A stretch of 64,000 nt of DNA from Podarcis filfolensis. Lineage: Eukaryota. The stretch lies in the NCBI GenBank assembly GCA_964270895.1, contig OZ185438.1. One strand, 5' to 3'. Under the pieces are notes generated by a model. The model saw only the letters and a program-made list of their open reading frames with translations. It was not told the DNA's origin and did not search any database. Below are positions 47,152 through 59,735 of the stretch, in pieces (positions within the stretch are counted from its first letter, which is position 1; each line of letters starts with the position of its first letter). A program made the position numbers and the translations under genes.

Positions 47152-48397
47152 CTAAATGACAAGAGAAAAATCAAAGCTTGACAATCACTATTTATATTTT
47201 GCTCTTCTATTAAAAGTATAAATTATAATCAAATAACCATATAGTTAGATCGCGGGGGGGGGGGATAAAACTTACATTTCACTGAAAGCAATGGGACTTA
47301 AATAATGTCTGTCGTGTTCATTTTAATGAGAACTTAGTTCAACTTATGTCTTTACACTCCATACAAAATGGAGAGAGACCTCCTTATCTACTTTTAATCT
47401 TAAAAAAGGCTATTCAGGAAATCACACCTTGCTTGATAATCACAGGAGAACAGAGGAGGACTAGTATACTTTCATATACTACCACATCTTTATGTTCTAA
47501 GTAGTAGGTTTGCCTTCATTTTTCAGAAGGCTGTATCACTGTACTGGGCAGCGATTTCCATCATGCCTCCAAGATCCATTTTGAGCTCCAATCAGTGCTG
47601 TTATTTGAAGACCACTGCAGGGCAAGGTGCCCTTCGGCAGGCAGTGTTAGAAACTGAGATATGAAAGCTAGGAGCTAAATGGCACCTTAAACCCAGGTTA
47701 TGGGCACAACAATGGAATGTCTAGGTGCGCTTTTTCATAATAAGAATACGAAGCTGAAAATGAATGAACTGCCGCTAAAATATTATATTCATTTTTCACA
47801 TGGTCTAGTCCTTCCCCTGCCCACCCCCCTAATATTCTTAAGAGGGTCTCTTCTCTAGTCTTCAGGGAGTAGCTGGAAGTGGGAAGGCAGGAAAAGGTCT
47901 TCCTTTCCTTCCACTCTACAGTTTGAACCTAAATCTTAGGCGCAGTACTGCATCCAAAGCTCAGAAACTGCTCGTGCTAATGAAATTCCCTAATTCAAAA
48001 TGTGTCTAGAAAAACGGGAGTTTCAAACACTGCCAGCCAGTTAGCATCTTAGCTGAGATACCTTGCATCTCACCATTGACTTTCTAAAATGGGCAGAAGT
48101 TAATAGCTTTACCATTCCACTAAATAGGATTATTAGCCAATGAGGTATGTGAATATGTATGGATCAAAGTGAAATCTGTGGAGACTCTGAGGCTGGAAAA
48201 CCACTGATCTGTAACACAGTATCTTCCCAAATGCCTTATCATTTAAACAGCAATTGGGGGGGGGGCAGATGGGTACATCACCCTATGGCAAGATGGGCAG
48301 GTCTCAATCGTACTACATTTACAGACTTTGGGAACCTGTTGGCAATATCAGCTTCCCTAAGAAAATAGAGATGAATGTGCACTATCTTTGCATTTAC

Positions 48398-48527
48398 CTT
48401 TGCAAGGTCTTCTTCTATTACATCATTTCTCATTTGGGCAGCATCCAACTGAGTATAGAATCTTGCACCAATCATAGGCATGATATCATTTACACTTCGA
48501 AGCCTGTTTTGGTCAGTCAGCAAATAC
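48398..48527 (-). CDS. PAN3: PAN3 exon 16-equivalent (YLLTDQNRLRSVNDIMPMIGARFYTQLDAAQMRNDVIEEDLAK)
   Basis: tgttag| and |gtaaat, 130 nt, coiled-coil region. Confidence 0.97.
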
Positions 48528-49361
48528 CTAACAAGGCAGTTTTTAAAAGTTACTTTAAAAACAGGGCTAAAGAAATAAGTTTCTTTTAAAAGAGGTTCCA
48601 TCTGTGAAAGCTAATTTTATTAATCTATAAAAGTGAAAATATGGCACAAAGCTCTACTTCATATACAGAACATTTAACACCACTACAGCTATGTGAAAGA
48701 CAGTAGCACCATTAGGAGGTGACATTCGAGGCTCTATTTATGTGACTGGCTGATGATGTACTGCAAAGTTGTTTTCCATTTTTCCTTTTATCCTGCTCTT
48801 CTTCCAAGAACTTCAGGCAGCACACCTGGTTCCAAAGTTTTATCCTCACAACAATATTGTAAGGCAGATTAGGTTGTGACTGCCTCATGGCAGAATGGGA
48901 ATTTGAACTCCGATATAATGCAACTTTTACTATACTAGTATAATGCATAAGGAGCTAACAACAAATATATCAGGATCTGAAAAATGCTTAAGTTCAAGGT
49001 TAAGGACAATATTTTTTTTTTTAAAGTTCATGCTAATTTCAGTACAAGTCAACAGCAACTCAAGAGATTCGGCTACACAACGTTCCTAATTAGGAGGGTA
49101 AATTAATTTTGTTCCTACACTTTCCCTACTCACCGCCATCCCTCTATATCTGAACAGTCATACAGAAATCCTTCCACATAGGTGCTGTACTAAGGTCAAA
49201 CTAATCACGGAAGAGAGGATCTTGTGCACACACATTCAATGTAGAAACATCCCATGAACCGCCACTCCCAATTTAACAATGTGCATGAACAACTCGTAAG
49301 CAAATTGTCACTGGCACGTTTTAACCTAGTTTAAAAATAAGTTGATTTCAAAGTAACTTAC

Positions 49362-49501
49362 AAAATAAGATTCTTCAAATCAGAGGAATAGTTGATTGTC
49401 ACCAGTTCCATTGCTTTCTGCAAATTCTCCCTCTGAATTCCTGCCAGAGAATTGCAAGCCAAAGACAACACCACCTTCCCAAGGGAGATCAAGTCTGCTT
49501 G
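49362..49501 (-). CDS. PAN3: PAN3 exon 15-equivalent (QADLISLGKVVLSLACNSLAGIQRENLQKAMELVTINYSSDLKNLI)
   Basis: ctttag| and |gtaagt, 140 nt. Confidence 0.97.
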
Positions 49502-51073
49502 CTAAAGAAAAGTGAACAAATAAGTCTAACCAGGGTCAGTAGAATATCATTAGCTTTCCTAGCATTGAAAAAAAGAAGATAAGAATACCTTAGATGGGAC
49601 CAATTTAACATAATCTCAAAACTGAAAAAATTACCACAAACCACTTCATCACATATGTTTCTTTTAAGAAATATGATGCCATATAGTCAAGTTCAGCTCC
49701 ACTTAAAACTCTCTACCCAATTTGCATAACTACGGAGGGGGAGGGGAGAGAGGAAAAAAAATCATTTTTTCTGTTCTGATACTTTTTTCTTTGCTGTGCT
49801 ATGCAAAGCTAGAGGGCTTTGTTTGGTGCCGACAGCCAGCCCTGAATCTGCGCATTTAAATAGTTGTTTAAGGAGAGAAGGCCTTTGGAGAGTGAGAACC
49901 ATGGCGTTTTCTCTTTCTTTCCACCCGAAAGTGTATACTGCAAGGTGCGGAGCACATTAACCTCAGGACATGTGTCCCTCCCTACAAACGTTATTCCCCT
50001 TTTAGAACACTTACTATAAGCTACTAGGGCTGTGAACAGGTCAATTCACTACTCTCCATCAATCTCAACATCCAGTTTCCTTTCTCCCTCCCTCTCCCTT
50101 AACTTACACTTCAAGCAACTATACATATCTTGGAAAGCTAAATATTCTTATCAGATCTTTTTTTTTAATTAAATTTACAAATATATGCATTGCAAAAGCA
50201 TATAGCAGCACTTCAAGTTTCAAGTCTTAAAACAATTAATTGGCTTCTTGAATGCAGTACTTCACAGGAGCAATTGGCCCTATTTTCCTAAAGTTGATGT
50301 CAAAAGTACGAATGCCTACCTACACAGCCCTCTCACTTTTCTGCCAACAGGTGAAGAGAATCCTTTCCAAACAAAGAGGTGAACATGTAAAACAGTTGTA
50401 AACTTAACAATATATATTGTGCTTTACCGGCTGGACTGAGGTGTTTTTCATTTAGTTGAAAGTTAAGAACAAAGAAGAAAAAACAACTTGGTTTTATGGC
50501 AAACTTGCATGCTCTCCATTCCATCTGGAAGAAGTTAGTATGATTGTTGTTGACAAAGCTAAGGTGTTTCTTTAGTTCTGAGTATCAGCTAGATTTCCTC
50601 CCATCTCCCATTATTGGTTGTCGTTGAAGAGGGTTTTAGAAAGGATGAGACATTTCTTTTAATTTATGCACAATATGCCCAAGTTTGATGTCACTGATTC
50701 AAATGTATCCCTCACTATCCTTTGCGCTAATCTGTTTTCCACACACTATCTTAAATTGTAAGTTCGTTACAGATGCAGGGACTTGCCTGCATTTTGCTTC
50801 CAAAACTTTGCAAAGCACTGCTAGTGCTGCATAAATTGTAATGGCAACTAATGAACAGCAGTCCTTGCCTATATGCAAAGGCAAATCTTTTTTATGTTTT
50901 AATGCTACCAGTAGAGGAGGCTGCTTTAATAAAGTTCATCCAGAGTAAAGAAAAGCATGTCAACACCAAATGTTCTTAAGGAAGGGAAAAAGCAATATAA
51001 AGATAACACAATCATTGATGAATATTCACTAACCAAATAACATGAAGTAAAGGGGACAATATTGTGATCTTAC

Positions 51074-51161
51074 CTGATACTGGGCCATGAGGGCCAGGGG
51101 ATTGTTTTGGCTGTTATCAAATGTTAACACATCAAAGACTCCAACGCAGTTCACTCGCAAC
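51074..51161 (-). CDS. PAN3: PAN3 exon 14-equivalent (RLRVNCVGVFDVLTFDNSQNNPLALMAQYQ)
   Basis: atcaag| and |gtaaga, 88 nt. Confidence 0.96.
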
Positions 51162-52001
51162 CTTGATGGGAGAAGGATTATATAGGAGAAGAGAATTATA
51201 AAACTCCTTAGTCTGCTTGTTAGACTTGCTCTGCGACTTCTTTAGTTACATCAGCAAAGTTTTGCTAACAAACTGGTATTAATACCAATTGTTTATCAAT
51301 CTGTGAGGGTAGAATGAGGGTGCACTGATTCTGTGCACACCCCAAATTATGAGGAAAATTGGGATGATGCAGGAAAGGTTCTCAGAGCATTGCCAAGGTG
51401 TCTTGATTCGGATAAGAGACTCCCAAAGTTTCTGAGTGTGTCTGTGGGGGATCTTTTGTTCTGATGAACAGGTGCAGCTTTGAATCACGGTGATTTATTT
51501 TCTGGGGGCCCTCCAATCAGAGTGATAAGGGGGAGGGATGTGGAAGTAAACATGGACTGTCATTCTCAGTGTTTGACTGTGAGAATAAACGTGCAAGTGG
51601 CAGAGTTGGACTATCTGGGTGGCCTTCTTTCCAAATCATTTTTTTTCTAACAAACAAAAATCATAGCTCTCTCTCTTTTTTTTTTTATTTCACAGAACAT
51701 ACTTTCAGGAAGGGGCAAGGACAGCCAGAAAAAAACAGCTACAACCAGACAAGACTTATCCAGTATTTTAAAATGAATGTAAAATCATCTAGCATGATAG
51801 CCTCTGGCTTTGTTCAATTGAACTTTGGCAGGTTTCGTGACTACAGTTTTCACAAACTAGGGGAATAGCGCCATTTCTATTTTTTTGCTCCAAAACAAGC
51901 TTGCCCTTGGGGAGAAGCTCTGCATCTATGTTCCTGAAATTTTGCTGGCTTCACCACCTTGGATTATCAACAATGCAATGGTAAAACGTGTTTCCCGTTA
52001 C

Positions 52002-52167
52002 CTTGTTTTTCCAGTTACCAGAATCTTGGTGGGGTCCATCACCCGACAGGCCAATCCTGCTGTATGAATGGTCCGCAATGCAGAGCTGAGCTGCACAATG
52101 TAGGCCCAAATCAGGGATTCTGGCAACAACCCCGCATGTTGCCGAGGCAAAGGTCCATCATGCTGAC
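52002..52167 (-). CDS. PAN3: PAN3 exon 13-equivalent (GQHDGPLPRQHAGLLPESLIWAYIVQLSSALRTIHTAGLACRVMDPTKILVTGKT)
   Basis: tgatag| and |gtaacg, 166 nt, pseudokinase domain. Confidence 0.97.
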
Positions 52168-52456
52168 CTATCAGAAGAATGGGAGAAAATGAATGAAATC
52201 TACAACTTTCAGCTGTATAAGTGTTTGGATAATGAATACAAAAGTTCTTTCAAAATGCTAGTTGATTAAAATCGTTATCTGCTTTATTTCAAAGCAACTG
52301 GCAATTGTAAGAACAACCCATCCAACCCAATTACAACTGCCGTTTTGTTTTACTTTTAATTGTACTAAAAGTAAGACAGACTGTATAAAGATGGAATTTT
52401 ATTGAGCAGCTACAATCCCTTAGTGTATCATAATTAATTTTTGGTACTGGCTGCCA

Positions 52457-52726
52457 CAAGATGTTGCACCGTCCACCAGCTTAAGCAGCTTTAAAGGTGG
52501 ATTATACATTTGTTTACCCATAAATTGCTATTAGCGAAGATGGCTTAGCAGAATATTAATGTTAGAGGCAGTGTGCCACTGAGCACCAGTTGCTGGATGG
52601 CAGCAAAGGGGCAGCATTCCTGGCACCATGCCCTGCTTGTGACCTTATCACAAGCATTTCTAGTTATATATTATGTCAGACTGGATTAGATGGGCTCCTG
52701 GCCTGACAGTGAGCAGGGCTCTTCAA
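52457..52726 (+). mobile_element. Old CR1 3' end
   Basis: CAGCTTTAAAGGTGGATTATAC...GAGGCAGTGTGCC...GGATTAGATGGGCTCCTGGCCTG...GGGCTCTTC, similar to 7846-8077. Confidence 0.6.
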
Positions 52727-53331
52727 ATGTACCAAGCAAGCAACAAAAGAAGCAAACATACACTGCCAAAGCCCTTATTCATACTACATCAGAAGCAATG
52801 TTGTTTCTGTATTTCCATATAAAAACGAAAAAGGTATCCAAGTTAATGAACCCAAATCCCATCGCCTGTTTAAAACATATGCTCAAATACACAAGCAACA
52901 AATACTATGACTCATTAGATTTGGAACGCTTCACGTTTTTCGTCCTAGGGTTTTGTTTCAAGACCGTTGTTTGACAGTAACCCTTTAAGAACCTTTCAAT
53001 GAATCAAGCACTTTGCTGAGGAAATAATGTACTTCTGGCAATATACTACAGCTATTATCTTTCAAAAACTCCCCATCTTTTTCAAAGATAGCCAAGCAGG
53101 TTAATACGACTTGAGTTCCGAAGAAAAGGAATGGTGTTTGGGTGTGTTTGTTAACGCCAGAACTGTGAATAATGGAGCCCAAATACAATGTAGAACTGAG
53201 TTGTGATTCAGAGGCATGTATCATGCACATTGCCCTCAAGAGGAATTCCACTCAAGGATCACTTCCCACAAATAGCTCTTTAGTACCCCAGGTTTGAAGA
53301 GCAGCTTTGGTGTTCGGTACCAGAGCAGTTT

Positions 53332-53700
53332 TGGGGGGACGCAGGTGGCGGTGTGGGTAAAACCTCAGTGCCTAGGACTTGCTGATCGCAAGGTCGGTGG
53401 TTCGAATCCCCGCGGCGGGGTGAGCTCCCGTCTTTCGGTCCCAGCTCCTGCCCACCTAGCAGTTCGAAAGCACCCCTAAGTGCAAGTAGATAAATAGGTA
53501 CCGCTTTATAGCGGGAAGGTAAACAGCGTTTCCGTGTGCTGCGCTGGTGCTGGCTCGCCAAAGCAGCTTCATCACGCTGGCCACATGACCCGGAAGTGTC
53601 TCCTGACAGCGCTGGCCCCCGGCCTCTTAAGTGAGATGAGCGCACAACCCTAGAGTCGGACACGACTGGCCCGTACGGGGCAGGGGTACCTTTACCTTTT
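53332..53700 (+). mobile_element. Full-length Sauria SINE (second subfamily) with 14-bp TSD
   Basis: TSD TACCAGAGCAGTTT at 53318-53331 and 53701-53714. Intact B-box GGTTCGAATCCC. Tail GGGGTACCTTTACCTTTT. Confidence 0.94.
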
Positions 53701-54658
53701 TACCAGAGCAGTTTAGCTACTTTGCAGTGCAAACACACTATTTGCCATGACCTTTCTCCTGCAACAACCCCCTTGAAGTGCATTTTTAACTACAGGGAGT
53801 ATTTCCCCCCCCCCTTTAGTTTGCCATACTTGCGCGAGGGTCTTCAAACAATTATAATCTAACCGACCTTGATGGGTCACACAGATGTGCATACAAATGC
53901 CTCTCAAGTGCATTCAGAAATACAGCATTTCCGGAATAAGCTTTCTACTTTTAGCCTGACAAAAGTGAAGATCTTTACACAAGCAATACTGAATGAGGAA
54001 ATATTTTTAGTAACTACAAAACACAGCAATTTAGGAAACACACACTGCTGCCTTCAATCTGCTGTGGATTTGTGGAAAACTGGTTCAGTCCGTTGTGTGA
54101 AATCAATAGTACATCTAGAGACTGGTTAAAAAATGGATTTTGTTTCTTTCAGTAAGCCTGATCACATTAAATGTTTGCTTTCAATTCTGCATCTCCCCCC
54201 TGCCTCCACTCTAGTGGTTTGGGTTTTTGTTCCGGTTTGAAGATAAGCAACTTCCTGCTCAAACCAACAGGGGCTGCCACATTCAAGGGATGTTAACCGG
54301 GGCACCACTAGCCCCTGGTTCACAGGTGTTCAGTGCAGAAATAAACCAAACCTGTTATGCCTTCATTCATCTGTCAGAAAACTTTATTATACCACATCCT
54401 AGACAATAAAATTCTGGATGGTGTTAACAAATGACAAGGCAAAAAAAAGACTAACCACATGGTGACAGCAGAATACAATGTGGAAAAACCACCATGTAAC
54501 CACAGTTCTCTTCCTTTAACTGTCAAATACCAGTTTTACTAACAAGTGATGAAGCTGTTTAAAGCACAATGTACTAAGAGACCCTATCTTAATACGAAGC
54601 CTTGTGCTGCCAAATGCAAATTAAAGGAAATGAGAAAATTACAACAAAATCCTGTTTC

Positions 54659-54676
54659 TACACATGCACACGCACG

Positions 54677-54718
<42 letters not shown>
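54659..54718. repeat. Alternating purine-pyrimidine tract with a (CG)n core and (CA)n
   Basis: TACACATGCACACGCACGCGCGCGCGCACACA...CACG, 60 nt without a break in alternation. Confidence 0.95.
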
Positions 54719-54720
<2 letters not shown>

Positions 54721-55210
54721 GTTACGTTCCATAAGTTTTGCCCTTTGTATAAATGCCTCTTTTAAAAAATCACACCACCATTACAAATGGCTAACCTGAC
54801 CCAACAACCTAGGACCCCCCCTCCACCCCAAAAAACCAAGCCACACTGCAATCAACTGAACTCAACCCACCAAGCTCCAAAGGGTTGGGAGAAACTCAGA
54901 TCGGATTTATGGGGTGAATGGAGAAAGAAGAGGGAAGAGAACTTTCACTGTACAGTCAAAAGTCCTTAGGGTGAAAAAACGAATGTATTGAATACCTTAG
55001 TCTTCTTGGGAATTCTTACTGTGAATTCTAGTTTGTGGATTGGGATGGAGGACGTTCCCCTGATAGGGAATGACAGCTCCCTCTGGTGATGACAGGTGGG
55101 GTCCTAGAAAGTCTTCTGCCTCCTATCTGGTGGGAGGGCCACCCCACTCATCAGGCCAACCCAGTCTGTGGTTGGGAATGACTGGGTCTGGCCTGCTCTC
55201 CTCGGAGGCT

Positions 55211-55499
55211 TGCCAGTGTGGTGTAGTGGTTAAGAGCGGTGGACTCGTAACCTGGTGAACCTGGTTCACTTCCCCGCTCCTCCACATGCAGCTGCTGGGT
55301 GACCTTGGGCTAGTCAGACTTCTCTGAAGTCTTTCAGCCCCACTCACCTCACAGAGTGTTTGTTGTGGGGGAGGAAGGGAAAGGAGAATGTTAGCCGCTT
55401 TGAGACTCCTGAAGGGGAGTGAAAGGCGGGATATCAAATCCAAACTCCTCCTCCTCCTCCTCCTCCTCCTCCTCCTCCTCCTCCTCCTCTTCTTCTTCC
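55211..55499 (+). mobile_element. Squam3-type SINE with (CTC)n/(CTT)n tail
   Basis: Highly similar to 29238-29537. The tail is mostly CTC. Confidence 0.88.
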
Positions 55500-56064
55500 T
55501 GGCGTGTTTGCTGGCCTTCTTTTGGCCTTAAATCTGAGAATCTTCTTTTAGCATGTCTGAACTGCCTCTCATTCCCCTTTGTTTCCTCTTGCCCCCTAGC
55601 AATGTGGGGGTTTTAGTGCAAGATACCCCCCTCCCCCCGCCTTTTTGTCAGTGCAGGCTTTCCCCTTTGGGTTCTTTGTTTTCTCTCCCCTTTCGATTTT
55701 TTGCTGTAAAGGAAAAGAGGTGACTCCCATTTGGAGGCAAAAGACTTTCTACAACGCTGCTTGTCATCACTAGAGGGGGGGGGGGTGCCATACCCTAAGA
55801 GAGTAACGTCCTCCAGCCTGATCCACCAAACTATATTACCTGTAGTAATAGAGTATTACACTGAGAGCCCAATGTAAATGCAGCATCAAAACCAGTTTGC
55901 AATAACCAGCACAACTGCCACGTATACATTATGTTCTGAACACTTCAAGAAGCCTAAATTGCAGCAAAGCTATGTACAATGCAAAGTTACAATACTTCAA
56001 CTGTAGTTCCCTAATTTTTGTCCACTGGAAAAACAAAAACATAGATCTCATTTGCTGGCCTTAC

Positions 56065-56166
56065 CCCACTTCCTTTTTGTGAAATAGGCATCAGCACTAG
56101 GATCATTGAAGTGTCTGCTCATCATAGTCTCTCCTCCAGCGTGGAAGTCATAGGCAAACACAAGAG
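56065..56166 (-). CDS. PAN3: PAN3 exon 12-equivalent (SLVFAYDFHAGGETMMSRHFNDPSADAYFTKRKW)
   Basis: gaaaag| and |gtaagg, 102 nt. Confidence 0.97.
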
Positions 56167-56259
56167 CTTTTCAAAAAAAGTCCGAGGTGAGAATTAGCTA
56201 TGCAATTGAGGCAAGTCTTCCAATACGATTGGCTAACGTCTTAAAAATAAGAAACTTAC

Positions 56260-56376
56260 AATGTTCTCCAAATGCTTTAGTGGTGAATACTTCTCGCAAT
56301 GTGACAATGTTTGAGTGTTGGATTTTTTTCCACATGTCAACCAGCACCATGCACTTTGTGTTAACAAGACGAAAAC
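56260..56376 (-). CDS. PAN3: PAN3 exon 11-equivalent (GFRLVNTKCMVLVDMWKKIQHSNIVTLREVFTTKAFGEH)
   Basis: tctcag| and |gtaagt, 117 nt. Confidence 0.97.
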
Positions 56377-56668
56377 CTGAGAAAGAAAATCTTTCACATT
56401 TCAAAGATTTTTGGCTATTTTAATGTCGCTTTCACATTTATTCTAAAGTACTAGAGTGCTAGCAAAAGACACAACCCAAGAAACACACATCTGATCATAG
56501 CCTGCTTTATGGATTATTAGCCATACCCAATTCCATTCCGTTATTTAAAAGGAACAATTTGATTTTAAATCCAGTTCAAGGTTTATCGACAAAGAAACAT
56601 AAATGTTTTGAGGCTTAAGTACTGGTAGAATTGAATTTTAAAATATGAGAACTTGTAATTTCCCTCAC

Positions 56669-56830
56669 CATGTATCCTCCGAAGGCAATATGGCAGATCA
56701 TCTTTGCTATTTACAGCTTTGTAGCATGATGTTATATACCCAAAGTTGCTTGTTTTCTGTATCCGATTGGGTGGTGGCAGTGGCTCCAAAGGGAAAAGGC
56801 TGTGGTAGCTGTCAACTTCTGTTGGGACAG
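56669..56830 (-). CDS. PAN3: PAN3 exon 10-equivalent (AVPTEVDSYHSLFPLEPLPPPNRIQKTSNFGYITSCYKAVNSKDDLPYCLRRIH)
   Basis: gtttag| and |gtgagg, 162 nt, start of the pseudokinase domain. Confidence 0.97.
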
Positions 56831-56920
56831 CTAAACCAGTTTACGGAAATACATTAGACACTACTTAAAATTATGAAAAAAGGAGTTATTATAGACAAAG
56901 CAATTCAATGACAAGACAAT

Positions 56921-56940
56921 ACACACACACACACACACAC
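56921..56940. repeat. (AC)10 microsatellite
   Basis: Direct reading. Confidence 0.95.
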
Positions 56941-57951
56941 TCTCACACATTGGTTTAGAAGACTGTAACAAAGCTCTGACAACAAACTTTGATGCAAATC
57001 CTATACAACTTTTACCACAACACACAGGTTTGCTTTGGAAAATTCAGAAATCTGCAATACTGAAGAAAAGCGTGTTCAGTATTTGCACTAAGATCCTGAT
57101 TCACATATTTTATAGATGGGGTAGGAAATAGTGTGCTTGGTGCCAGTTGGTCATAATGGGAGAAGAGTAGGACAAGAATCAAAAATCTAAAACCTGAGTG
57201 TGTAAACCCTAAGGATACTTATGGGAGTTTTAATTTTACATTACCAGTTTAAGGCAAGCTTTTATTCCTGTCTTGTTGAAGACATTGTACACTTTGATGC
57301 ACTGAATGGGAAAATCTGAGACCTGACAGAGCCTTATGCACAGAGACACTGTTAAATTTGTCTTGGGAGCACCCTGATGAGATTCAGTATAGCAGTTCAC
57401 ATCTAAATCAAGTGCAGTAACTGGCACTCATTAAGAACTGAAGCCGTTTTTATTCAGACAGGACACCCCAAAGGAGTGATCCCAGACATGTCTGCAGTAG
57501 ACCTAGTTTTGTGTTGTTATTATGTGATTTTGCAAACTTTTTGTTATATATCAGTTTGAATTTCAAATATGATGCATTTTGTTTCTGAAGAAAAACAAAT
57601 AAACAAAAGACAGAAGAGATCCACTGAAGCACGAGAGATTTTGTACAGTACTTATTTTCACAGACTGTGTCATCCATGTAACAAACATTTCCTCAGGGTT
57701 GCATTATACGAATTATTTAAAGAAAGAAATAAAGAAAGTTTGGATTGTGCACTACTGAATAAACACATTGAAAAGGAGCTTGAAAGAACCTAATACAGAG
57801 ACTCCACTGGATTATAGTCAATCCTGCATTCAGAATGGCTTTGCTTTAATATGCAAATTTATTATTCATATATCTAACTGCGGTAGCAAACACAGCAAGC
57901 AAAAGACCGGCTTAAAAATGCAATTTAAATTCAGGATCTTTAGTTACTTAC

Positions 57952-58009
57952 CAGGCATATCTGCTTGATCTATCTGAGCCATTGTAATTAAGTGTCTGTT
58001 GATCAGCTC
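57952..58009 (-). CDS. PAN3: PAN3 exon 9-equivalent (ELINRHLITMAQIDQADMP)
   Basis: ctatag| and |gtaagt, 58 nt. Confidence 0.96.
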
Positions 58010-59735
58010 CTATAGGAATACATTTTGGCAGTCTTACCAATAAGGACATGAAATTCTAGTTTGCTGTTTCTTATATGCTGCTTCGGTTAATCACAAAACC
58101 ATAGAAACAGACCTGAAAAAGGACTTGGACTATCAGAACCCCCTTATAGAAGCAGAATCCCTAACTAAAGCTACCCTTGTCTAAGGACATGGCTGGAAGC
58201 AACCTTTAAGAGACCCTATAGTCAGTCAGTTCATCTACTGAACCCGCCTGAACCAGCCCCATCAAATTGTCTGTCAAACCTGATCTTCAGCTAACTCCAC
58301 CACAGACCTCTGCATCCTGGGGAATCTGAACCAAGGTTCTGCTATTCTTTCATTGTAGAATGGTATTTCTAAAGCCTAGCCAAGACTGCAGTTCAAGTTT
58401 TATTTCTTGTCCCCCATATATACATTGCCAGTCTCTATCCTTCTCAGGGCAACCACCATTTAATCTGAACACTAATGAAGCTACTTTCAATCTTCTCTGC
58501 TCAATGGCAGACATTAACAACTCCTATCTTCTATCACACTGCAATCAGGAGTGGCTTTGAATTCATGATAAACGATGAAGAATTGCATGCAGGAAAGTGA
58601 GTGTGCTGCTCAGGGAAGGATAGAACTCTGTTTATGAAATTTCTGTTCTGACCTTCCTCCCAAAGGAGCCCAGGCTGACCTGTCCTCCATCAGACTTCTA
58701 ATGAGTAAAAAGCAGGCTAGTAAACTATGTACTGAACATGGTAATCCAAAGGTCTCAACAAATCAGAATACAGCACAGAGTACAGAAGTCGCCTTTTATA
58801 TCCCTCGTGATTATTTTGCAAGGCCATGTAGTGATGCTTAGGCAAACTTTCTTTTAAACTAAGGTTAAAGCCCTTTTCCGTATTGTTACTTGACTGACTC
58901 ACATTTATTTGGCAGCAATCTGTTACTAGTAAAGAAGAGACTTGCATTTGTCCTTATTAAGTTTCTACTTTTTGCTGAAAATGTTTCCAATTTACTGAGA
59001 TGATTTTGAGTTCTAACTCAGTCTCCCCAGATGGAGTCTGATATGACAGAAAGTGCTTTAAATTTGCAGTGAGGTAGGGAAGACAAATTGCAATGCTGCA
59101 GGAAGAGCCCTAAGGTTTCAAACTATCACAGCAAGAACAGACATACTTGGCAGCCCACTCCAAAAAGCAGATATGGAAAAGGTGAAGAGGCAGTAGGTTA
59201 AGTTTCTTTAATAAGGCATTTTCCATGGCGTGGATGGCTTTGAAAAAGTCACCTTGTAGCAAAGATACCATCAGCCCCAGCCAGCATGACCAACAGACAG
59301 GGATGATAGGGGTTGTATTCCAACAATATCTGAGAGGAAACAGTAACCCAACCCTGTTTCAAATTGATTCACCATCTGTTCTGCCAATACTGTGTGTCTA
59401 GGAAATCTTTAAAAAGTTAGGCCTGCTGCTAACAAGAATAACTTTTGCACAGACTTCTGCCATGGTGTGGTTGGCAAAGGTAAGATATAAGAGGTATTTT
59501 TACTCCCAAGCAAGTGTGCATAAGATTGCAGCCAAAGAGGACACATATCACAAACACCATCAATTCTGTTTTTATATACCTATTTCACCTGCTTACTTAA
59601 ATCTCATTAATCTTCCCAGAAACAAAGTTTTTTTTTTATGATACAGCATTGCAGATAACTTTGGGCAAGCGGAAGGTGGCAGAGAAATTTTGTGGTGGGA
59701 GGAAATCTGTTAGAATATTACTAGAAAGAACTTAC

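Noticed and set aside
52985-53251. 88-aa ORF on - in PAN3 intron 12
   Set aside because: No recognisable homology and no convincing splice sites. The length is within chance expectation.
55419-55616. Poly-Ser ORF
   Set aside because: Translation of the (CTC)n SINE tail.
46542-55785. Four G10-12 runs on + within PAN3 introns
   Set aside because: Homopolymers are common and error-prone in assemblies. The shared orientation of four runs is not significant.
55076-55785. CTCF-like motifs GCTCCCTCTGGTGA and TCACTAGAGGGGGG
   Set aside because: Both deviate at key consensus positions and cannot be supported without a PWM scan or ChIP.
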